A stretch of DNA of 47,245 nucleotides from Bugula neritina (taxonomy: Eukaryota > Animalia > Bryozoa), in assembly GCA_964035545.1 (NCBI GenBank), contig CAXIUT010000012.1, positions 1 through 47,245 on the forward strand, in the 5' to 3' direction. The position numbers were made by a program, and so were the translations under genes. Positions 39,062 to 47,245 of this stretch are shown in pieces. The first letter of the stretch is position 1. Each line of letters opens with the position of its first letter. The notes beneath the pieces are model-generated. The model saw only the letters and a program-made list of their open reading frames with translations. It did not search any database and had not been told where the DNA came from.

Positions 39062-40035
39062 ATGAGTAAAGAATTCTAAAAAGTATATTATTATTTATAT
39101 AGTTCAAAAAAAGTATTTAAAAGCTAAGTAGTGCTTTCAGCGATGTACTTAAATACCTAGAAAAAGAATAATAAGAATAAGTTCCCTAATCAAACAAAAA
39201 GAAAGAATAAGTTGTAAAAACATCAAAAGTTCATTACGATAAATAACATTCCAGACAAACAACAAATATAAAACAAGAACACGATAAACATAATGGCATA
39301 AATACAACCAAAACACCTAATAACATATCAAAAGATCTCAAAAGATAACCTGAATAAATATCAATAGATAGAGGATCTTCAAGAATAGAAAGAAGAAGTT
39401 AGAGAAATATAAAAAAAAAATAAAACAAACCTGAGTTTAATCACAAAACTAAAGAAGATAATCAGTTAATGAAACAGTAAAAGAATATTAAGGCATAAAG
39501 ACCAGCAAACAACCATTAGAGATAAAGAACAGCAAACAACCATTAGAGATAAAGGCCAGGAAGCAACCATTAGAGATAAAGAACAGCAAACAACCATTAA
39601 AGATAAAGGCCAGGAAGCAACCATTAGAGATAAAGACCAGGAAACAGCCATCAGAGATCAACTAATCAAAAACCAACCACCATTCAAAAGCCAACAACGA
39701 TTCAAAGGCCTCATTTATAGAAGCCAAAAGCACCTTTATCAAGCTATATGAGATTCAATAGATAAAATATAGCAAGAGTAAGGCAAGAATATCCCACTTT
39801 AACCCAAACTGACCTTGTAACAGTGACAGGACATCTCTGGAAATAATTACCACAAGAATAAAGGTCTAAATATTAAGAATAATATAGAAAATAAAAATAA
39901 AAGTATGATTCAGATATGATACAGTTCTATAGAAGATATCCTTAATAAAAAAACAAAAAAAAAGATAAAAAGTCAGATAAAAAGTAAGATAAAAAGTCAG
40001 ATAAAAAGTAAGATAAAAAGGAATATAAAAAGTGA
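39062..40035 (+). CDS. HMG-box protein with a 9-aa tandem repeat region
   Basis: KPKAPLSSYMRFNRENIARVRQEYPTLTQTDLVTVTGHLWKELPQEERSKYEEEYRKEKEKY; 20-nt intron after codon 7; 27-bp repeat x6. Confidence 0.88.
39496..39657 (+). repeat. Coding minisatellite, 27 bp x6 (ER-P/T-A/G-N/S-NHER)
   Basis: Units taaagaacagcaaacaaccattagaga and taaaggccaggaagcaaccattagaga alternate. Confidence 0.9.
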
Positions 40036-40493
40036 TTTATGATCTCACTGTTCTTATTTATTTAATTTTTAACTGATAAAAAATGATAATATTAAGATTC
40101 TATCTTTATCTTTGAAAGCAAATTCGATTGTTTGATTGATTTCAGAAAGAGAAAATAGCTAATCAACTTAAGAAGTACATAATCCATTAAAATATTAAAT
40201 TCAAGATGATAATATTCCTTTTGAATCAATTAAAATCCAATTAACTTTAATAAATACGATTTAAATAACTACTAATTTCAAAACAAAAGTTATTGAAAGT
40301 TTCAAACACTATCTTATAATAGATCTTACTATGATTATAAACATCTAATAAACAATTTTGACAAGTTCTATCTATTTTTGAAGTAAAATAAAATATTAAA
40401 ACTGAACTTTAAAGTAATTAATTTAAAAAAATAGAATATTAATTAATTAAGCTCTCCAATTGTTATTCGTGGTATAAACTATTCAACATTTAA

Positions 40494-41226
40494 ATGTTCA
40501 GCGTTAGAAAAGGACTTCTTTACATCCTTACCCTCATAGCCTCAGTCCTTAGCTACATCCCAGCAGCTATCTATGCCTACGTCTACTCTGAGTTCTTTAC
40601 CAAGTAAATCTCATAACACTTAGAGTGACTTACCATCAAATCGGCAAAAGAAACTAGCACAACAAAAAGATCAAGAATATCCTTGACATCGGAACAGCCA
40701 CAGGTGGACCACTTAAGACCATAGTTCACTGCTTTTAAGAAGCCAGAATATTAGGGATAGATTACAATCAACTCTATCTACCTGCCTGCAAAAAGCTCTT
40801 CCAAGAGAACTCCAACGTCTAGATCAAATACATGAACTTCTACGATTTGGAAAGAGAAGAGCCTGAGACCCAATTCGATTTGATAATATTTGGTTCTAGT
40901 TTCATGATAATGCCAGAACAGACAAAGGCCCTTTAGCTAGCCAAAAGTACCTACTATATTAGTCAGGAAAATTAAACATTGGAGGAAAGATATATATTTT
41001 ACTGACTCTCTATGATAAGAAAACCTTTTTGACTCGGATGCTGGAGTTCATAAAGCCACTCTTAAAATATGTTAGCACAGTAGATTTTGGAAAAGCTACT
41101 TACAGACAAGAATTCGAAGGATTTTTAAACGCACATCAAATGAAAATTACTTTTAGTTAAAGGTGTCAAGGAAACTTCTTCCTCAAACTGGCAAAATTCT
41201 ATATCTACTAACTAGAACATCTCTGA
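40494..41226 (+). CDS. Class I SAM-dependent methyltransferase with N-terminal hydrophobic segment
   Basis: ILDIGTATG, ILGIDYN, FDLIIFGSSFM, LNIGGKIYI, STVDFG; two 20-nt introns. Confidence 0.85.
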
Positions 41227-41360
41227 TTGAAATATTACTTTGAAATATTCAAAACATATATACTAAAATATACCTGAATAATTGCTGAGATATTTAGAGT
41301 TAAATCATATAAAACCTTTCAAAACTGAATAGAATAGTTAATAATTGATATCATTAATTG

Positions 41361-41424
41361 ATATTAAATGAAAGAACCACTATATATTAAATGAAAGAAC
41401 CACTTTATATTAAATGAAAAACCC
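41361..41424. repeat. Intergenic minisatellite, 23 bp x2.8
   Basis: atattaaatgaaagaaccact(a/t)t units. Confidence 0.8.
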
Positions 41425-41560
41425 CTATCTTTTCGAAATTGATATTTTTAAAGGGAAGAACTAGTATTTATTCAAAATCGATTGAATATTTGATGACATA
41501 CTGTAGGTACTAGATATTTAAATCTAGATGACTATGTTATATTTGATTTAGAATCAACTA

Positions 41561-42053
<493 letters not shown>

Positions 42054-42251
42054 TATCAACTCGTCAATCTAGCTAATCCATTATACCTTAAACATTCATA
42101 TCATGATCTTAATAACAAAAGCAATTTATGAAGAAAGGACTTAGTGATATCAGTATCAAAGGATATCAGGAGTAGATATTATATAAGGATATCAGGAGTA
42201 GATATGGTTTAATATATGAGTAAATCAAATATAAATATAACTTAAAGGATA

Positions 42252-42337
42252 GGGGTTGGGGTTGGGGTTGGGGTTGGGGTTGGGGTTGGGGTTGGGGTTG
42301 GGGTTGGGGTTGGGGTTGGGTTGGGGTTGGGGTTGGG
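42252..42337 (+). repeat. Internal telomeric tract, 86 bp, one GGGTT variant unit
   Basis: G4T2 units ending TTGGG. Confidence 0.97.
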
Positions 42338-43505
42338 CTCATAGTCAAACAACCAGATGACCCTCTCTCCTTCCTCATCGATAAACTCTCCAACCCACAA
42401 AGTACCCTTCAAGTTATGTAGGTAAAAAAATATTCATAATCGGCCCTCCAGGATTCAAAGTCAGAGAGTTTGCTCTCCAAGTAGGAGATCACTATAAATT
42501 TACAGCTATATCAGTAGGTGACCTCCTGAAGAAATAAGTTTCAAAGAAACAAGAGCTAGGATAATAGATCGAATCCTACTTCAAACAGTACACCATTGTC
42601 AAGGACTAGATAGTAAGCAAAATGGTTAAAAAATAAATAGAAGTAATTCAAAAATAAAAGAAAAGCTTTATCCTCTCAGGATATCCAAGAACAAGAGTGC
42701 AAGGATTAGCCATGCAAAGATAAGGTATCTTCCCTGATGCATTTATCATCCTCAATATGCCTTACGATAGAATCCTTCACTTCTGCTAGTACCCATCTTT
42801 TTATTCAGATAAAAACTCAAAGCTTAAAAATCAATCGATAAAGCTATACTTGCCAATAGAGCTATGCACATAGCTAATCATGCTCAAGACTACCTTCTAA
42901 ATGTTAAACAAATCAAATAAATATACCCCAACAACTACTTCGAAATTGATTGCTCAAAAGGATCCAGAGAAGATATACTAGAAGATATAGCTAGGTTGCT
43001 TAAGTTCAAAATAAAGACAAAAAGACCTAAAAGACCAGCTGCCATCCTTGTTTTAGGAGGTAAACAAGATTTTAGGACACTTGTCGCTAAAAAGTTGGCC
43101 AAAAGATATGGATTTGTACTAGTCATGGCAAGAGAACAACTAGCAGATCAGATATCTAAAAACACTTAGGTTGGAAGGCTGGTTCTAGACAACATCAGAA
43201 GAAAAGATTTGGTGAAAGATTCCATCATGAACGGATTAATTCAAAGTAGATTAAGTCAAGTAGATGCTCAAATGCAAGGTTTCGTACTTGAAGGATATCC
43301 TCGAACAGAAGGACAAGCAGTCTCACTGAAAGATACCTACATTCAACCCAGTTTGATCGCCATAATCGAATAAAACAACGGAACTAGTTCAGAAGTGATG
43401 AAACAACTCAACTAGAAGCATCAATCAGTCATACTTAAGATTGATTCAGGATTAAGCGAAGAACAAATCTTTGAAAAAATATGCTATCAGCTCTAAAACA
43501 ACTGA
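42338..43505 (+). CDS. Tandem-domain adenylate kinase-like protein (AK8-like, Dpy-30/RIIa-like N-terminus); N-terminus masked by the telomeric tract
   Basis: LIVKQPDDPLSFLIDKL; IIGPPG...SVGDLLKKE...ILSGYPRTRVQ; second domain ...QGFVLEGYPRTEGQA; two 20-nt introns. Confidence 0.8.
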
Positions 43506-43546
43506 TCATATCCCATATTGTATATTATAAGTAATAGTAATAGTAA

Positions 43547-45071
43547 TCATGAGTAGTAGTATGGTCGAGCTTCTCTCAAAGCATAGTCAAAAACAAGAGG
43601 CATCTTCTCATTGCCTTTGTTGGTTTGGGTCTTAGGAGTTTAAGCCTATTTTTTATGCTAAAGAAGATCAGTTGACTGTCTAATAGTTGACTTCATTTAC
43701 TTAGCAGGCATTTAAATGTCCATCTGACTGTTAAAAAAGGGGTGGTTCAGAGCAGCATCAGCTGAAAGACGTCTTTCCGGATCTTTTTCTAACATTTTCA
43801 TGAGTAGATCAAGTGTTTTATCTTAAGCTTTCGAGTAGATATCTTTGTTAAAGGTGAAATCGCAGGCTCTATTTTGCAATAAGATTTAGTTGTATTTTTT
43901 TCCTTAGAAAACAGAACATCCAAAGATAAGGTAATGGAAAATGACTCCGGCAGAAAAGATGTCACTAATAGGTTAACTTTTAGTGCTCATATCTCTGATA
44001 TTAATGATTTCAGGAGCAACAAAACCAGGTGTCCCGCATCTAACAAATAAATACTTCTCTTCATCTGCATAAGTTGCTAACCCAAAGTCACAGATAGCAG
44101 TCTACCATACCTTATCCTTCTTGAACATTATGTTCTCAGGCTTCAAATCTCGATGTATTATCCGATGCTTGCTCAGTACTGACAGTCCCTGCAAAATGTT
44201 CTTTATTATCTCTCTTGCAACCTATAGTTCTATCTTGGCTCCGCTCTAAATCAACCAATCAATACCTTCAGCAATTAGTTCAACTGCATGCCTTCCAAAT
44301 GCTCTAATATCACATAGATTGAGTTGTCCGTCTCGTAAACTCCCTCTAAACGCATTATATTGCTATGATTTAGTCGACGCATCAGTTTTATCTCATTTTC
44401 AAGAGACTAACGACCCTTATCTCCAGAATACTGTTTTTCCTTTGAAAAGGCCTTAACTGCAACCATCTTTTTATCTCTTAATCTTTCTGCCAAATAAACA
44501 GTCGCAAAGGCTCCTTTTCCTATTTTTTTTTTAGCTTTAAACAATTTATGAAATCCTCTCTGATTGATCCTTTTTTCCAACTCCAAAGCCCAAGACTAAA
44601 CCACAGCAGTCTGAGCAGTAAAAGTCAATTGCTATGGACATCCTTCCCGTTCCAACTTGATAGCAGTCGCAGATCCCAAAGAGTCCTATGCCTAGATCAA
44701 CTAAAGAGTACAGATTGAGAGTAGATAACTTCGAATTTAGTGCTGAAAGAAAGAGGACAATGATGGGTGGGTTGTCTAAAGTTAAGAGCGTCTGAGAGGA
44801 CAATATGTTGATTTGTGAGAATCAACTGGACTTCATTCTTATTAATGGTGAAGGTATTGCGTAGAGATGGAGAGTTAGTCTCTTTCAGAAGTTCTCCCAT
44901 ACTGGGAAGAATCTACTAGAATAGGTACAACCAACTGCCTCGCATAGAAGACTTGCGTTCTAATTATATTCCAAAGAATATTCGATCCTGCATATCCTTC
45001 CATAACTTAAACACCTCTCCACTATCATCCAACCATATCACACTTCCTTCCACTAGTCTATCCTCAACCAT
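43547..45071 (-). CDS. CAMK-group-like Ser/Thr kinase with N-terminal PH-like region (start uncertain)
   Basis: IGKGAFATVY, VAVKAF, IHRDLKPEN, CDFGLA, RCGTPGFVAPE, DIFSAG; two 20-nt introns. Confidence 0.93.
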
Positions 45072-45182
45072 CCAGACCAACTGTTGAGTTACTTACAGTC
45101 TTCAACAGCTAATAGAAGTCTCGATGTAGGCATGCCTTGAAATGTGATAATTTTCTTTAGAGTTTAGAAGAAATAGATAAAA

Positions 45183-46519
45183 TCATTAAGAAAAGGACAT
45201 TAATTTTTCTTTAATCCAATCGTCCCATTTATGAAAGGGTATTCCTCTTTTGATTACTTTCTTGTATTAACTACTCAAATCAAGTACAAATAAATCCTAA
45301 CGGTCCAACTTCAACTTCACAGTCTGAACCACCTACATCATCGTCAATGTACCAACAAAAAGTGAGCAAAGTATAAATCAGGAATCCGCATCTTTGTTCC
45401 CTAAGCCATCTTCAAGCCATCATCTTTCTACTCCTACAACTACTACTCCTTTATCTAATCCTGTTTCGGATGTTCATGGCTATCAGTTGAGTGTCTGCTG
45501 TTCTTTCGAGAACGCATTGAAACACCTCGAGGATACTACATATCAAAAAATTGATTAGTAAAAGGCACTTCATCTCCGAGTTTATGATGCTACACATATG
45601 AAAGACGCTTCATTAATGGTTATATCATCTCTTTCTCATCTTTGTTCAAAGCAATTGGTTTAGTTTCTTCTGTACTACCAGTTAAAACTTCATTTTTTGA
45701 TCTTTGATTGAAATAAAATTGCTAGATTAATTTATTTTTAGCCTACAGCTCCTCTTCCAATTTCGATATTTGTTTCTCTTAGAAATCAATTTTTTTAGCT
45801 GAACTACTGGCTTTCTTTTCTATTTCTTCCAAAGAATGTCTCAACATAGCTATCTCTTCCAACAACTATTCTTTTTCATCTTAATACAAAACTAATTACT
45901 CTTTTCCTAAATGATTTTTTTACTAATTTCCAACTTTTATAACTCCACGTTCTCCAACAACTTCTTAGTCTGTTCACTATCTTAGTTAACTTGCATAAAA
46001 GTTCTCCTTATTTATTTTTTTTCCTTTTTGCTGTGAGTCAACTAATGCTAGTACTTCTGTTGCATTTCCAAGGCCTATATCTTCAATACTTCGTACTCTC
46101 TTTACCATCTGCTGACTTTTTCCTACTTTATGTTATCTCTACAGTCAATGAATGTTTAGTTTATTCCAAAGTTTAAACTCTATCTTTTAAATCGATTGTT
46201 TCACGATCCATTTCAGTCATTTTGTCCCGAATATGTTCTATTTCTTTGAGACTTTAGTCTACAATACCAACTGAGTAACTAATAATTTACCTATTCTTTA
46301 GCCAATAATCATCGACAACCCTTTGAACTTTTCCATCATATTTCTAATTACTTAATGTTTTTTATCTTACTCCCAAGAAGGTAGCTCTTGAATACATTCC
46401 ACAAAATTACGATATTATTCATGTTCGGCATACTCTCTTTATATAATCCATTTGAGCTGATCTTGCCAAATAGTAGTCAAAGTATTAATAAGGTCATCTT
46501 TATGCAATTAGTTGTCCAT
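45183..46519 (-). CDS. Hypothetical coiled-coil protein
   Basis: E/K-rich helical ORF with 20-nt introns; C-terminal EYKKVIKRGIPFHKWDDWIKEKL then TGA. Confidence 0.65.
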
Positions 46520-46544
46520 ATTATCTAATAACTATTTAATAATC

Positions 46545-46859
46545 ATGATAAAAATCATCAAAAAAGTCAACTCTGTGGGCAGTATCACCAGCCCTCTTCT
46601 GGCTCCTTTCTCCAACAAAACCATCCCATCAACTTAACTAGCAAAAACACCAATTCACCCTATCGACTGGCAAAGTGTTTTAGATAGATAGAGACGAAAT
46701 GTAATGAAGAACTACTAGTTGATATTACCAGGAGTATACATTCGGAATGAAATAGTGATTGGGTAGTAGTTTTGGTAGACCAAAAGCAAAAGACATCGAC
46801 ATGCCAAACTCAAAAGAAACAGAAGAAAAGGCCCAAGAAGAACCGTCATCACCAATTGA
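46545..46859 (+). CDS. Small basic protein (104 aa), possibly mitochondrial
   Basis: Presequence-like N-terminus with no acidic residues (MIKIIKKVNSVGSITSPLLAPFS) and a very basic C-terminus KSKRHRHAKLKRNRRKGPRR. Confidence 0.5.
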
Positions 46860-47149
46860 TATCACCACAACTATCAAAAACACTTATTTCTTACCTATTA
46901 ACACTCTTATAACCGTTTTAGTTGAAATAAAGGTCACAACATAGGATTCATAAACCAAAGATATCATGATAACTAGAAGAAGTAGCAGTCAAAATCAAAG
47001 AAAGGAGATTAAATCGTCTCTAACTCAAATTCATCCAAATTAAAAAGATCTGAAAAGTGTTGTATTATTCATATGCATAAAATAACCAATAATATCATCA
47101 TTAAATTATCAACAGTCGACAGATAAATCAATAAACACATTATAGATAT

Positions 47150-47245
47150 GGGGTTGGGGTTCGGGTTTATGGGGTTGGGGTTGGGGTTGGGGTTGGGGTT
47201 GGGGTTGGGGTTGGGGTTGGGGTTGGGGTTGGGGTTGGGGTTGGG
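47150..47245 (+). repeat. Right telomere (GGGGTT)n with a degenerate proximal part
   Basis: Two units, then cgggtttat, then perfect repeats 47171-47245 ending TTGGG. Confidence 0.97.

Noticed and set aside
40036-40490. TGA-free minus-strand frame in the long AT-rich spacer
   Set aside because: No convincing start or domain; long open frames are expected when only TGA stops.

Overview
Eukaryotic, ciliate macronuclear DNA: (CCCCAA)n at the left end, (GGGGTT)n at the right end, AT-rich, with about 31 tightly packed protein genes on both strands. The supplied standard-code ORF track is misleading. TAA and TAG both encode Glu (NCBI table 30, 'peritrich nuclear' code) and TGA is the only stop, which points to a peritrich-like oligohymenophorean. 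The introns are extremely uniform: 40 of the 44 I called by hand are exactly 20 nt, with consensus GTA-N11-A-NNN-AG (A six nt from the 3' end in 43/44). A spliceosomal RBM22/Slt11 homologue lacking its CCCH and RRM domains sits in the same window. Four internal G4T2 tracts of 68-86 bp each lie over the last or first ~25 codons of a gene (PAP, IleRS, kelch phosphatase, adenylate kinase). They most likely mark alternative telomere-addition sites of overlapping macronuclear chromosomes whose telomeres overwrote the consensus; chimeric joining is the alternative. Also present: an exact 1180-bp tandem duplication of a cyclin gene, intergenic minisatellites with 22-27 bp periods, an LRR gene with 72-nt one-repeat exons, and several catalytically odd enzymes. 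All gene calls come from manual translation and motif recognition; no database search was run.
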